Shown one piece after another: positions 20,870 through 30,538 of a stretch of 64,000 nt of DNA. Under the pieces are notes generated by a model. That model worked only from the letters and a program-made list of their open reading frames with translations. It had not been told where the DNA came from and did no database searches. Within the stretch, counting starts at the first letter, position 1, and every line of letters begins with the position of its first letter. The translations under genes were made by a program, and so were the position numbers. The stretch comes from Candidatus Omnitrophota bacterium (GTDB taxonomy: Bacteria > Omnitrophota > Gorgyraeia > JABMRG01), in contig JAQUQI010000001.1 in NCBI GenBank assembly GCA_028716165.1, positions 50,458 through 114,457 on the forward strand, written 5' to 3'.

Positions 20870-22234
20870 TTAGCTATGCCTTACCTTGTTCCAGGCCTTC
20901 AATTCATCAATCATGTTGGCCTGTATTTCATAAAGCTGTTTATCTGAAAAATTTGTAAAATTTATCCTTATCTTTTCGCCTTGCTCGCCAAGCGATAGTA
21001 TATATTCCTCTTCATTTTTTATCATACCCTTGTTTAATGCCATCTCATACAAGCGCGTGCCGGGATAGGGCGTTAAAAAGAATATAACTTCGGGGACAAG
21101 CTCTAATTCCTTGCAAAAATCAATAGTCTCTTGTATGCTCTGCTTTGTCTCGCCGGGATACCCTATCATAAACGAGGTATCGGCCCATCCGAGATGCTTT
21201 CTGGTAAGGGCTACCGCCTTTTTTGCCTGCGTGATAGTAACGCGTTTTTTGATAAAATCAAGCATGGCCTGGCTTCCGGACTCTATGCCGTATCCTATAA
21301 GAACACATCCTGCCTGCGACATGGCAATTATCATATCCTCGGTCATCAGATTCACCCTGCCGGCACAGCCCCAGGTAATGGGCGATCCTATCTCTTGTGA
21401 AAATTCCTTTACAAGCCGGCAAAACTCAAAAGTAAAATCCCTATTGACGACAAACTCATCATCAATAAAATGAAAATACTTGACCCCGTAGCGGTTATAA
21501 AGCTGTTTTATCTCTTCCATAATATTGCCAGGCGAACGGGTCCTGTATCTTGCGCCCATAAAATCATGGTAACAATACACGCACTGATAAGGACAGCCCC
21601 TTGTCCCGTATATGTTCATGGAAAGGCTTTCTCCGTCCCGCGATGAGCCGTCTATCCATTTATTCCTGTTCGGCGCGCCCACGGGGTTTTTCAGGTATAT
21701 ATCCATGGGGAAAAGATCCCATGCCGGCAAAGCTATACTGTCTAAATCCTTTACAGGTTGTCTCGGGGCGGTCCGGATTATGCCTCCTTTATCGTCTTTA
21801 TAACAAATGCCGTTTACCGAGGACAAGTCCCCGCCCGCGGCCATAACGGATATCAATTCTTTGATCGTCTCTTCTCCTTCGCCGATAACAACTATATCAA
21901 CAGGGTTTGACCCAAGCATTATAGCGGGAATAGACGAACCGACACTGCCTCCTACAATTATCTTTCTGCCGGGATGGTGTTTCTTCAAAACCGACACAAG
22001 CCATTTGACATACTTGTATATAGTAATTATGCCTCCGATACCTACGACATCGTAATCCGCCCCGCTTATCATTTCTTCTACCTTCTGCCTGTCCCATCTG
22101 TATCCGTTTATATCCATAACCCAGACATCATGGCCATCTTTAAGCAATACAGAAGCTATATAACCTAATCCAAGAGGAAATACATTAGGTTTAGACCATT
22201 CGCGTATCGGCGGATTTATCAATAATACTTTCAT
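20870..22234 (-). CDS. B12-binding-domain radical SAM enzyme (second copy)
   Basis: N-terminal B12-binding-like domain (MKVLLINPP...) followed by the radical-SAM cluster CPYQCVYC. Paralogue of 9096..10541. Confidence 0.75.
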   Translation of the reverse strand: MKVLLINPPIREWSKPNVFPLGLGYIASVLLKDGHDVWVMDINGYRWDRQKVEEMISGADYDVVGIGGIITIYKYVKWLVSVLKKHHPGRKIIVGGSVGSSIPAIMLGSNPVDIVVIGEGEETIKELISVMAAGGDLSSVNGICYKDDKGGIIRTAPRQPVKDLDSIALPAWDLFPMDIYLKNPVGAPNRNKWIDGSSRDGESLSMNIYGTRGCPYQCVYCYHDFMGARYRTRSPGNIMEEIKQLYNRYGVKYFHFIDDEFVVNRDFTFEFCRLVKEFSQEIGSPITWGCAGRVNLMTEDMIIAMSQAGCVLIGYGIESGSQAMLDFIKKRVTITQAKKAVALTRKHLGWADTSFMIGYPGETKQSIQETIDFCKELELVPEVIFFLTPYPGTRLYEMALNKGMIKNEEEYILSLGEQGEKIRINFTNFSDKQLYEIQANMIDELKAWNKVRHS

Positions 22235-23379
22235 CTTAGAGCGTCCTTTAATATTTTCACAACACGGCGTATGTCCGACGGTTTGAGCGAAACATGAAGC
22301 GGCAGTGACAGTGTACCACGGTAATATCTGTCCGCGTTAGGGTAATCAGAGCGCACTCCCAAAGACCTTTTCGCGTAATAGGGGTGCTCATAAACAGGTA
22401 TATAATGGACCTGGGCTCGTATCTTATGAAGTAAAAGTTTTTCAAATACCTGCCTGCGTTTCTTACAGTCTTTGAGCCTGATAAAAAATAAATGGCACGC
22501 GCTGCGGCAATTATCTGATTCGGGCGGCAATTGAATATCACGGCAATCGCAAAGCAATTCCCGGTAAAGCGCGGCAAGCTCATTTCGCTTACCGATAAAG
22601 GCTTTGAGTTTTTTAAGCTGTGATATGCCGAGCGAGCACTGTATATCGGTTAGCCTGTAATTAAACCCTAACTCTTTCATTTCATAATACCAGGGCCCTT
22701 TTTTGGCTAAAATATTTTTATCCTTATAAGTGCCGTGCGCGCGCAATGCGCGCAATCTCCGGTATAAATTGGCATTATTTGTCGTAATCGCCCCGCCCTC
22801 GCCGGTGGTAATAGATTTTACTGGATGAAAACTAAATACCGACATGTCAGAGTGCTGGCAGGAACCTGTCTTGTGCCATACGCCGCCGCAGCGGTATTCG
22901 GCGCCTAAAGCGTGGCAGGCGTCTTCAATTATTGTTAAAGATCTTTTAAGGGCTATCTTTTTTATGCGCTCCATATCACAGGGAAAACCCGCGAAATGCA
23001 CGGGTAGAATGGCTTTGGTCTTTCTGGTAATCTGTTTCTCTATCAAAGAGGGGTTTATATTGACCGTGATGGGGTCTATATCGGCAAATACGGGCTTTGC
23101 CCCTGTATACAATACGGCATTTGATGTCGCCAAAAAAGTAATAGGGCTGGTAATAGCCTCGTCCCCGGGCTTGAGGCCGCAGGCAATACAGGCCAGATGA
23201 AGCGCCGCTGTTCCGCTTGAAAGCGCCACGCAATAACGTGCTGTCGTGTATTTACAGATCATGGATTCAAATTCATCCACTCTCGGGCCTTGCGTAAGCC
23301 AGTCCGAACGAAGCGCGCCAACCACTTCTTCTATATCCCGGCTATCAATGCATTGTCTTCCGTAACAAAGGTTTTTCAT
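22231..23379 (-). CDS. pseC: UDP-4-amino-4,6-dideoxy-N-acetyl-beta-L-altrosamine transaminase (DegT/DnrJ/EryC1 family)
   Basis: PLP-aminotransferase fold with a lysine region and a typical PseC-like N-terminus (YGRQCI..DI..V...L.S.WLTQGP). Confidence 0.8.
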   Translation of the reverse strand: MKNLCYGRQCIDSRDIEEVVGALRSDWLTQGPRVDEFESMICKYTTARYCVALSSGTAALHLACIACGLKPGDEAITSPITFLATSNAVLYTGAKPVFADIDPITVNINPSLIEKQITRKTKAILPVHFAGFPCDMERIKKIALKRSLTIIEDACHALGAEYRCGGVWHKTGSCQHSDMSVFSFHPVKSITTGEGGAITTNNANLYRRLRALRAHGTYKDKNILAKKGPWYYEMKELGFNYRLTDIQCSLGISQLKKLKAFIGKRNELAALYRELLCDCRDIQLPPESDNCRSACHLFFIRLKDCKKRRQVFEKLLLHKIRAQVHYIPVYEHPYYAKRSLGVRSDYPNADRYYRGTLSLPLHVSLKPSDIRRVVKILKDALR

Positions 23380-24365
23380 ACCATATCTTTGAGTATTTTT
23401 TGAAGCTCATTGCGGGTAAGGTTTTTATCGTTCTTATCACTGCGATAAGCAAAGCCGGGCTCAACCGGCTTATTCTTCTTGTATCTTTCAAATGCCTTTG
23501 TGCCCTGCCTGGCAAATTGGGATATTATAACATAGATATCGTCAAGGACCTTCGTATTGCGGCTTTCATCCTCCGATATAAGCGTTTCATGCACCTTCTC
23601 TCCCGGGCGTATGCCGGTGACCTTGAATTCGCAATCAGGATCAATCGCCCTGGCAAGGTCTGTTATTTTCATTGAAGGAATCCTGGGCACAAATACTTCT
23701 CCGCCTACAGCAACCTCAAGCGCCTTTATGACAAGCCCGACGCTTTGTTTTAAAGTCATCCAGAAACGGGTCATATTAAGGTCTGTTATGGGAAATTCTT
23801 TTACGCCTTTTTGTTTCAGGTCCATAAACAAGGGTATGACACTGCCGCGTGATGCCACAACATTGCCGTATCTTACCACGGAAAATGCCGTTCTGTCTCC
23901 GCCATAAGCGTTTGCCGCGATAAATATTTTTTCAGCGGCAAGCTTCGTCGCGCCGTAAAGGTTTATCGGGTTTACCGCCTTATCCGTTGACAAAGCTATT
24001 ACTTTTTTAACTCCGGAATCTATCGCCGCGTCAACAATATTGTCGGCGCCTATAATATTGGTCTTTACAGCCTCTATCGGATTATACTCTAAAGCTGGCA
24101 CTTGCTTTAATGCCGCGGCGTGGATCACTATGTCAACGCCGTAAAAAGCCCTGCCGAGCCTGCTCCTGTCCCTGATATCTCCCAAAAAATAACGTATTGG
24201 ATATTTACCGTCGGGAAAAAGCTTTGCCATATTATACTGTTTGAACTCGTCCCTGCTGAATACTATGACCTTTTTCGGCTTATAGGAATCAAACGCGGCT
24301 TGGACAAATTCATGTCCGAATGAGCCTGTGCCGCCGGTTATTAAGACAGTGCTGTTATTTAACAT
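23376..24365 (-). CDS. pseB: UDP-N-acetylglucosamine 4,6-dehydratase (inverting), PseB/FlaA1 family
   Basis: VLITGGTGSFG N-terminus. 329 aa. Confidence 0.8.
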   Translation of the reverse strand: MLNNSTVLITGGTGSFGHEFVQAAFDSYKPKKVIVFSRDEFKQYNMAKLFPDGKYPIRYFLGDIRDRSRLGRAFYGVDIVIHAAALKQVPALEYNPIEAVKTNIIGADNIVDAAIDSGVKKVIALSTDKAVNPINLYGATKLAAEKIFIAANAYGGDRTAFSVVRYGNVVASRGSVIPLFMDLKQKGVKEFPITDLNMTRFWMTLKQSVGLVIKALEVAVGGEVFVPRIPSMKITDLARAIDPDCEFKVTGIRPGEKVHETLISEDESRNTKVLDDIYVIISQFARQGTKAFERYKKNKPVEPGFAYRSDKNDKNLTRNELQKILKDMV

Positions 24366-24768
24366 AAGTTTCTCCCGCTGTATGCTTGCGTTTTACGTTA
24401 AACCCTTTAGGCAGTGTGCCAAAAGAAGCTTCCGCCTCTTTTTTCAGGGCAAGATACTCTTCCTCCTTGCGCTTAAGGTAGTGATGGGTATAGCGAAGCT
24501 TGGTCTCTATGCCTTTCTGCGTTAAAAGATAGCCTATCTTTCTGGCCTTTTGCCCTTCCTGGGTAAAATGCTTTATGGATACAAGGCCTCTTTTGGCTAT
24601 TACCTTAAGCAGGTAATTTATCTTACCCAGAGAAACGCCAAGACAGCTTGACAGGTCTCTTTGCGTCGGCTTGCTTCCCGAATAAAGTATCCTTAATATA
24701 TTAAAAATATCTTCCCTTATATCTTCTCTTATATTGTCTTTCATATACTGCCATCTCCGGCGCGGCAA
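24355..24768 (-). CDS. winged-helix transcriptional regulator (MarR-like, EPS-associated type)
   Basis: TQRDLSSCLGVSLGKINYLLKVIAKRGLV helix-turn-helix region. Small regulator embedded in the glycan locus. Confidence 0.5.
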   Translation of the reverse strand: MPRRRWQYMKDNIREDIREDIFNILRILYSGSKPTQRDLSSCLGVSLGKINYLLKVIAKRGLVSIKHFTQEGQKARKIGYLLTQKGIETKLRYTHHYLKRKEEEYLALKKEAEASFGTLPKGFNVKRKHTAGETYVK

Positions 24769-25649
24769 GCTTTGGGGCTTTTTTTGCAGGCGCTATCTTC
24801 GCGCACGCGGCTTAATATGTATACCAGATCGCTTTTTGCAAGCCTCCTCGGCCCGTCTTTTATTCTCTTATACTTCAATATCATGCCGGCAAGCCTGTCC
24901 GGCTTAAAATCAGGCATTATTATGTTCCGGGAATATTTTCGCAATAAAGAAACCACTTGCCGGGTAGACTCTAATCCCATAAGATAGGGAAGTTTGGCAT
25001 AATCCATAAACTGGACAAAATACGGCAATAGTTTACCGCATGCCGCGGCATGGCTTAGCCCATATCGGGAGGTAAAAGGATAAGACGAGGCATGGACAAC
25101 ATTGGTCTTGGAAATCTCTATGGCCTTTCCCGCTTCGTTTCCGGCTTTTATCAAAAGATCATTGTCCTTTGACTTGATATAGCTCATAAGCATGCGTAAT
25201 GCGCGGGCGCAATATCTGCGGCTTGGGCCTGTCGCGTTAACAGACCACAAAGACTCTATCGCGTGCGCGAAAGCGTCAAGCATAGTAAGCCTTGCCGTTT
25301 CGGCAGGAAGACTTTTGGCAATGCCTGGTATAAATTTTAATATGGGCTTTGCCGTGGCAACCGATATCTTGCCGCCTGCTTTCCAAAGTGTCGCGTAAGG
25401 CGTAATAGCCGCGCCGGATGCGGTAGACGGTATGGTTATCGCGGGCTTTCTGCCCGATATAACCTTGGCCGTATCAATCGCGCTTCCGCCTCCTATGCCT
25501 ATTACGACGTCCTTATCTGTTTTAAATCTAAGCAGATCAGTGCCGGGCTGGCCCGATACTGTTAAAAAATCCGTGTCTTTATAGCCTTGGGCAATTTTTA
25601 AAGCAAGGGCCTTATTACTTTTGCTATATACTATTAACGCTGAGCGCAT
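24741..25649 (-). CDS. iron-containing alcohol dehydrogenase family protein; weak, conjectural assignment as a phosphonoacetaldehyde reductase (FomC/PhpC-like)
   Basis: GIGGGSAIDTAK motif. 302 aa, short for the Fe-ADH family, so the call is weak. It lies immediately downstream of the decarboxylase and mutase genes. Confidence 0.5.
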   Translation of the reverse strand: MRSALIVYSKSNKALALKIAQGYKDTDFLTVSGQPGTDLLRFKTDKDVVIGIGGGSAIDTAKVISGRKPAITIPSTASGAAITPYATLWKAGGKISVATAKPILKFIPGIAKSLPAETARLTMLDAFAHAIESLWSVNATGPSRRYCARALRMLMSYIKSKDNDLLIKAGNEAGKAIEISKTNVVHASSYPFTSRYGLSHAAACGKLLPYFVQFMDYAKLPYLMGLESTRQVVSLLRKYSRNIIMPDFKPDRLAGMILKYKRIKDGPRRLAKSDLVYILSRVREDSACKKSPKACRAGDGSI

Positions 25650-26109
25650 GTTTAAACCTTGTCATAATCTCGCCGGGTTTCATGGGTATACGCGGCGCCA
25701 CACCCTTGTCTTTATCAACCTTTATCACGTATGTATTGGGCGCTATAGAAGCAAAGTCAACCGCGTCCGAACATGTCGGCTGGCCGCCCGTTGAACTGCA
25801 GCAATTATTATCCAGTATATAATGCTTTAGATTGGCAGGATTAAGCTTTTTATGAAGCGCCAATGTGCCTAAAGACATAAGCACGGCCGCGTCTCCGGAT
25901 ATCACGATAACCTTGCAGGAAGAATTGATAGCTATGCCAAGGCCTATGCCCAGAGCCGACCCCATGCTTCCGAGCATATAAAAATTCCTGTCCCTGTCCA
26001 TTACAGCGTATAATTCCCTTGATATCATGCCCGTGGATGAGACTACCGCCTCATCGGTGACATTTTTCATGATAGCGCTTATCGCCTCAATTCTCTTCAT
26101 TTTCATCAA
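25624..26109 (-). CDS. phosphonopyruvate (or sulfopyruvate) decarboxylase, beta subunit (TPP-binding)
   Basis: GDxxxLM thiamin-diphosphate motif (ISGDAAVLMSLG). 161 aa. Confidence 0.65.
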   Translation of the reverse strand: MMKMKRIEAISAIMKNVTDEAVVSSTGMISRELYAVMDRDRNFYMLGSMGSALGIGLGIAINSSCKVIVISGDAAVLMSLGTLALHKKLNPANLKHYILDNNCCSSTGGQPTCSDAVDFASIAPNTYVIKVDKDKGVAPRIPMKPGEIMTRFKHALSVNSI

Positions 26110-26437
26110 ATATCCTATAATCGTCGTATTCCAGAAGTTCCAATAGTTTTATTGTAATGCTTGCCATAAAAGCGTGGTGTTCTGGCTTGTCCCTTAGGCT
26201 GACAAGAAGCCCTATCCGCATCCCATAAGGCTTGACAAGCGAGGTCACTATATCAACTATATTTCCGAGCCCGCTATTCTGCAAAAAGACAAGCGGTTTT
26301 TTACCTGCCAAATAGGCGCCCGCGGCAAGCGCCATGGCTTCGTCTTCTTTTGTGCACGGGATATAGTTCTCTATCCGGTTTATGAATTTTTTTAATTTAG
26401 AGCACGGCACGCCGAAAACGGCGTCATAATCTTTCAT
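26087..26437 (-). CDS. phosphonopyruvate (or sulfopyruvate) decarboxylase, alpha subunit (TPP pyrimidine-binding)
   Basis: 116-aa TPP N-terminal domain (EDEAMALAAGAYLAGKK). It overlaps the beta-subunit gene. Confidence 0.55.
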   Translation of the reverse strand: MKDYDAVFGVPCSKLKKFINRIENYIPCTKEDEAMALAAGAYLAGKKPLVFLQNSGLGNIVDIVTSLVKPYGMRIGLLVSLRDKPEHHAFMASITIKLLELLEYDDYRIFDENEEN

Positions 26438-27714
26438 TTTTTACCGAACCTTTTTTCAATCATTTCAGTCTCTTTTATGGGCGTAAGATATCTCATGTCG
26501 TCAAGCGTTGCCGAGAGCCCTTTTTCTATGGCTAAGGTATTGTCATTCTCCTTGATAAGCCTAAGGCCCTGGCGTATGGCCTTAATCTTTATCCTTTCCG
26601 TCTGATTGGCAAGCACTACAACGGAAAACCCCGCGTGGAACAGGCGTTTATTGTTTATCTGTGGAAATTTTGTCGGTACTATTACAAGGGGCGTATCCAA
26701 TTTCCACCTGCCGGGTATAGACAAAGCCTGCCTGCCCGTAGCCTCTCTTGTGTGTATCATCACCATGTCCGCGCCGCAAGAAGCATAATACTTGGCCCTT
26801 TTGACTGCTTCAGCCATACCGTATCCGCGTATCAATGCCTCTGTCCTTGCCACTATTATAAAATCCCTGGTATTCTGCGAGGCCTTGCCCGCCATTATTT
26901 TCATGCCATGCTCTTGCATAGACAAGAGAGGGACTTTACCGCCCCATAATGAATTCTGTTTGGGGAATATATTGTCCTCAACGCATATGCCAGCACAGCC
27001 TATCTTTTCAAATTCCTTTACCGTCCTTACAAAGTTATGCAGTCCGCCGTATCCGTTATCGGTATCCACTATCACGGGCAATGAAGTGGCATCAACAATA
27101 GGCTTGGCAACATTAAGCATATCGGTCATTGTTATAGAACCATTATCAGTCAGCCCCAGCCTGGCAGAGGCCTCAAAACCCGATACCCATATACCGTCAA
27201 AATCCGCCTCTTCCACAAGCCTTGCCGTTATCGCGTCCCCTGCGGAGACAAGCACGGCCTTTTTGCCCTTATCAACAGAAGCCTTCAGGCTCTTTCTTTG
27301 TTTTATCCTATCCAATATGGCTGTGGTTGTGACATCAGGATATGCCTCCACCTGGACTACCTTGCATAATTTTTGCTGTTTTATCTTTTTATATTCGGCA
27401 GGCAGCCAGTCATTACCGTGAACAGCTATATCAACTTTATATTTTTTGATGTTTTCGGACATAGTAGGGCGCCTGGAACCCATGCAGTCTTCCACGACCA
27501 GGTCCACACCCCTGACAGATTCTATTATGGCCTTTCTGTCTTCAAAGGGTATGACAGGGTTTCTCTTGTAGGCCTTGATAATATCATCCGGGTGAAGGCC
27601 TATGATCACAAAATCCCCAAGCGTGTTTATCTTTTTGATAAATTCTAAATGCCCGCGGTGAAAAAGATCACCTGCCATCGTGGCATATACTATCCTTTCC
27701 TTTTTATTGTGCAT
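26434..27714 (-). CDS. bifunctional cytidylyltransferase / phosphoenolpyruvate mutase (Fom1-like)
   Basis: N-terminal HxGH nucleotidyltransferase motif (AGDLFHRGHLEFIKK). The C-terminus belongs to the PEP mutase/isocitrate lyase superfamily (VIVDTDNGYG, CVEDN). 426 aa. Confidence 0.75.
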   Translation of the reverse strand: MHNKKERIVYATMAGDLFHRGHLEFIKKINTLGDFVIIGLHPDDIIKAYKRNPVIPFEDRKAIIESVRGVDLVVEDCMGSRRPTMSENIKKYKVDIAVHGNDWLPAEYKKIKQQKLCKVVQVEAYPDVTTTAILDRIKQRKSLKASVDKGKKAVLVSAGDAITARLVEEADFDGIWVSGFEASARLGLTDNGSITMTDMLNVAKPIVDATSLPVIVDTDNGYGGLHNFVRTVKEFEKIGCAGICVEDNIFPKQNSLWGGKVPLLSMQEHGMKIMAGKASQNTRDFIIVARTEALIRGYGMAEAVKRAKYYASCGADMVMIHTREATGRQALSIPGRWKLDTPLVIVPTKFPQINNKRLFHAGFSVVVLANQTERIKIKAIRQGLRLIKENDNTLAIEKGLSATLDDMRYLTPIKETEMIEKRFGKK

Positions 27715-27800
27715 AAAAAGCCCTCTTGTCTGTGGTTACTGATGCGGGAGATCGGCGCGCAAAAAGTCTTGGCGCGGGGTCATATGTTCATTTATTGAAC

Positions 27801-27829
27801 ATTATACAGGGTTAATAAAATTAATGCAA
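27801..27829 (-). promoter_or_regulatory. putative sigma70 promoter for the phosphonate/pse operon
   Basis: On the minus strand, TTGCAT, a 17-nt spacer, then TATAAT, about 85 nt upstream of the 27714 start codon. Confidence 0.4.
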
Positions 27830-27850
27830 GAGAAATATGAAAAGAAGGCT

Positions 27851-29467
27851 TTATTTGCGGGTAGCCCGCTTCGGGGCAGGTTTTGGCTTCGCGGGCAATA
27901 TTTTGCCGGATCGCAGGACATAGCGCCTGCCGCAATACGAGCAGTCCGCCTTACCGCCAACAGGCTTAATCCTTGTCCCGCACTCACAGGCCCAGCCTAT
28001 CTGGCGGGCGGGAACACCGGCAACCATGCAATAATCCGGTATATCTTTTTTTACAACCGCGCCGGCCGCCACAAAGGCATAATTGCCTATTGTAATGCCC
28101 GATATTATCGTGGCATTGGCGCCTATTGAGGCGCCCTTTTTAACAAGTGTGGGTAAAAATTCTTTTTTTCTGTCTATAAAAGCCCTCGGCGTATAAACAT
28201 TGGTAAATACGCACGACGGCCCGCAGAATACATCGTCTTCAAGGCAAACACCTTTATACACGGATACATTATTTTGTATCTTACAGCCGTTACCTATTTT
28301 AACATCAGGGCCTATGGAAACGTTTTGGCCTATTACACAGTTTTGGCCTATATCGGAACCGGAGAGTATATGCGAAAAATGCCATATCTTTGTTCCGCGG
28401 CCGATTATGGCGCCTTCTTCCACATATGAGCTCTGATGGCAAAAATAATCTTTTTCACGCAATGGCCCGCGCGCACTGCCGGTTTCTTTTCTTATCAGCA
28501 TATCCGCCTCCTCAAGAACGCTTAATACCCTTAGCCCTTCCCTGCCGTCTGTCAAAGGGGCCTTTCTCTGCCTTACACAATGCACAAAATGCGCTATCTC
28601 TTCTTTCAAAGGCTCTTTGTCTTCAATCTCTATTATCTGACAGTCCGCTTTTACGGCAATAGGCGGCCCGCCATTATTCCGTGTTATCTTGTGCGGATAG
28701 ATAAATAGCTTTTCCCGTGTCATATCGTCAAAAACCGCCATGGCCTTTGAGCCCACGACCACGAGCTTTTGTTCTTTATACGGGTTAAGCCAGCTTACGA
28801 ATATATGAGCCTTGACCTTGTTTTTGAATTCAAGAGTAGTCAGGGTAACATCATGGACTTTACTGCTTAGATAATCCTCTCCGAAACAGCCTATCTTTAC
28901 AGGCATATCATTTAAAAGCATGAGTATCACCGATATATCATGCGGGGCAAAACTCCATAGGATGTTTTCTTCAACCCTGACCTTGCCGATATTAAGCCTG
29001 TTGGAATTGACATACTGTATATCGCCCAATAAGCCCTGGCCGATAAGCTCCTTAAGTTTTATAACAGCGGGATGATATTGCAGGATATGGCCTACCATCA
29101 ATACGCGCCTCTTCTCTTCGGCAATCCGGACAAGCTCTTCACCATCTCTGGTATTGAGCGCTAACGGTTTTTCAACAAAGACGTCCTTGCCGGCAAGGAG
29201 CGCGGCCTTGGCCATATTAAAATGCGCCGCCGCGGGCGTTGATATCAGAACGGCATTAACCAGCTCGTCCTTTATGATATCGTTAAAATCATCCGTAAAT
29301 CGCACGCCGGAAAAGGCGGGTTTTTTTTCTTCAAGGGTCTTTATATCAGTATCACAGGCGGCATAAAGAAGGCCTGTCTGATAGGCATTGCGCAATATAT
29401 TCTTGCCCCAATAACCCAGGCCCGCGACCGCCAACCTTATATCTTGTTCTTGTCTTTGCATATGCAA
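27851..29467 (-). CDS. fusion of Gfo/Idh/MocA oxidoreductase and hexapeptide-repeat acyltransferase (WbpB/WbpD-like)
   Basis: N-terminal LAVAGLGYWGKN Rossmann motif. The C-terminal half has a left-handed beta-helix of hexapeptide repeats and a terminal Cys4 ribbon. Confidence 0.65.
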   Translation of the reverse strand: MHMQRQEQDIRLAVAGLGYWGKNILRNAYQTGLLYAACDTDIKTLEEKKPAFSGVRFTDDFNDIIKDELVNAVLISTPAAAHFNMAKAALLAGKDVFVEKPLALNTRDGEELVRIAEEKRRVLMVGHILQYHPAVIKLKELIGQGLLGDIQYVNSNRLNIGKVRVEENILWSFAPHDISVILMLLNDMPVKIGCFGEDYLSSKVHDVTLTTLEFKNKVKAHIFVSWLNPYKEQKLVVVGSKAMAVFDDMTREKLFIYPHKITRNNGGPPIAVKADCQIIEIEDKEPLKEEIAHFVHCVRQRKAPLTDGREGLRVLSVLEEADMLIRKETGSARGPLREKDYFCHQSSYVEEGAIIGRGTKIWHFSHILSGSDIGQNCVIGQNVSIGPDVKIGNGCKIQNNVSVYKGVCLEDDVFCGPSCVFTNVYTPRAFIDRKKEFLPTLVKKGASIGANATIISGITIGNYAFVAAGAVVKKDIPDYCMVAGVPARQIGWACECGTRIKPVGGKADCSYCGRRYVLRSGKILPAKPKPAPKRATRK

Positions 29468-29479
29468 TTTACACCTTAT

Positions 29480-30538
29480 TTAAAATGGGCAATAACTCGT
29501 CTTTGACGCCCATTCGCAAATGTCCTCTATGATCTTTTCTTTTGATGCCAGGGGAACCCAGCCAAAATCCGCCCGAATCCGGCTATTGTCAGAGATATAT
29601 ACCGGGATATCAAAAGGCCTTGTATTGGCCTGGGATAAAATACGAGTCTTATTGCCTGTCACAGCCTGGCATAATTCGGTAAGCTCAAGTAAAGACAATG
29701 AATTCTTTGCCCCTCCGCCCACATTATATACCCGGCCGCCTGCCTTACCCATGTCATCCGCCTGCATAGCTATAAGGCGGCAGAGGTCGTCAATGTGCAA
29801 GATATCTCTTACCTGTTTGCCTTTGCCCGACCATCCGATATAAGATACCGGCTTTTGAAAAAGATGGGACATGGCCCATAGGCTGATAAAACCCTGGTCT
29901 GTTTTGCCAAACTGCCACGCTCCTGCCACAACAGACATTCTGTTTATTACAGCCTTTATGCCGTAATTAGCGGCATATTCGGTAAGCAGTAATTCACAGG
30001 AAAGCTTTGTCGCCCCATAAAGGCTCCTGGCGCCTTCAAGGCTAAAACCTTCGCCTATGCCCCTTGAAGAAAAACCTGCTATCCGGCTTTTTTCATTCCA
30101 GATAAAACGCGATTTTTCCTCTTTGATCTTAAGGGCCCTTATGCCGGCATAGGGATAAACCCTGCTCGTTGATAAAAAAATAAAATCGCTTGCCTTTTTA
30201 CGGGCCAGCTCAAGGCAATTTACCATACCCATAAGATTGGTATTGATAACATATTCAGGCCCTGATGATATATCGGCAAGCACCGAAGGCTCGGCGCTGC
30301 ATTCTATGATAAGCCCGATCGGGGTTTTTATGTCAAGGTCTTCGCGGCACCTGATATCGCCGTGTAAAAAAACAATGCCGTTCTCGGACAATCGTTTAAT
30401 ATTAAGCTCCGAGCCGCGCCTTTTAAGACTATCCAATGCCATAATGCGCGCCTTTGGATACAGCTTCTTAAGATATAAGCAGATATTACTGCCGATAAAA
30501 CCCGCGCCGCCTGTTACCAGTATATTTTTATGCCCCAC
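29480..30538 (-). CDS. NAD-dependent sugar epimerase/dehydratase
   Basis: [13 protein letters not shown] motif. Confidence 0.7.
   Translation of the reverse strand: MGHKNILVTGGAGFIGSNICLYLKKLYPKARIMALDSLKRRGSELNIKRLSENGIVFLHGDIRCREDLDIKTPIGLIIECSAEPSVLADISSGPEYVINTNLMGMVNCLELARKKASDFIFLSTSRVYPYAGIRALKIKEEKSRFIWNEKSRIAGFSSRGIGEGFSLEGARSLYGATKLSCELLLTEYAANYGIKAVINRMSVVAGAWQFGKTDQGFISLWAMSHLFQKPVSYIGWSGKGKQVRDILHIDDLCRLIAMQADDMGKAGGRVYNVGGGAKNSLSLLELTELCQAVTGNKTRILSQANTRPFDIPVYISDNSRIRADFGWVPLASKEKIIEDICEWASKTSYCPF

Noticed and set aside
27861-27905. Possible intrinsic terminator (GCGGG-TAG-CCCGC and GCCCGC...GCGGGC hairpins) after the 27851 gene
   Set aside because: GC-rich stems are present, but neither strand has a following U-tract. 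It may be a protein-binding or attenuator structure, not a confident terminator.
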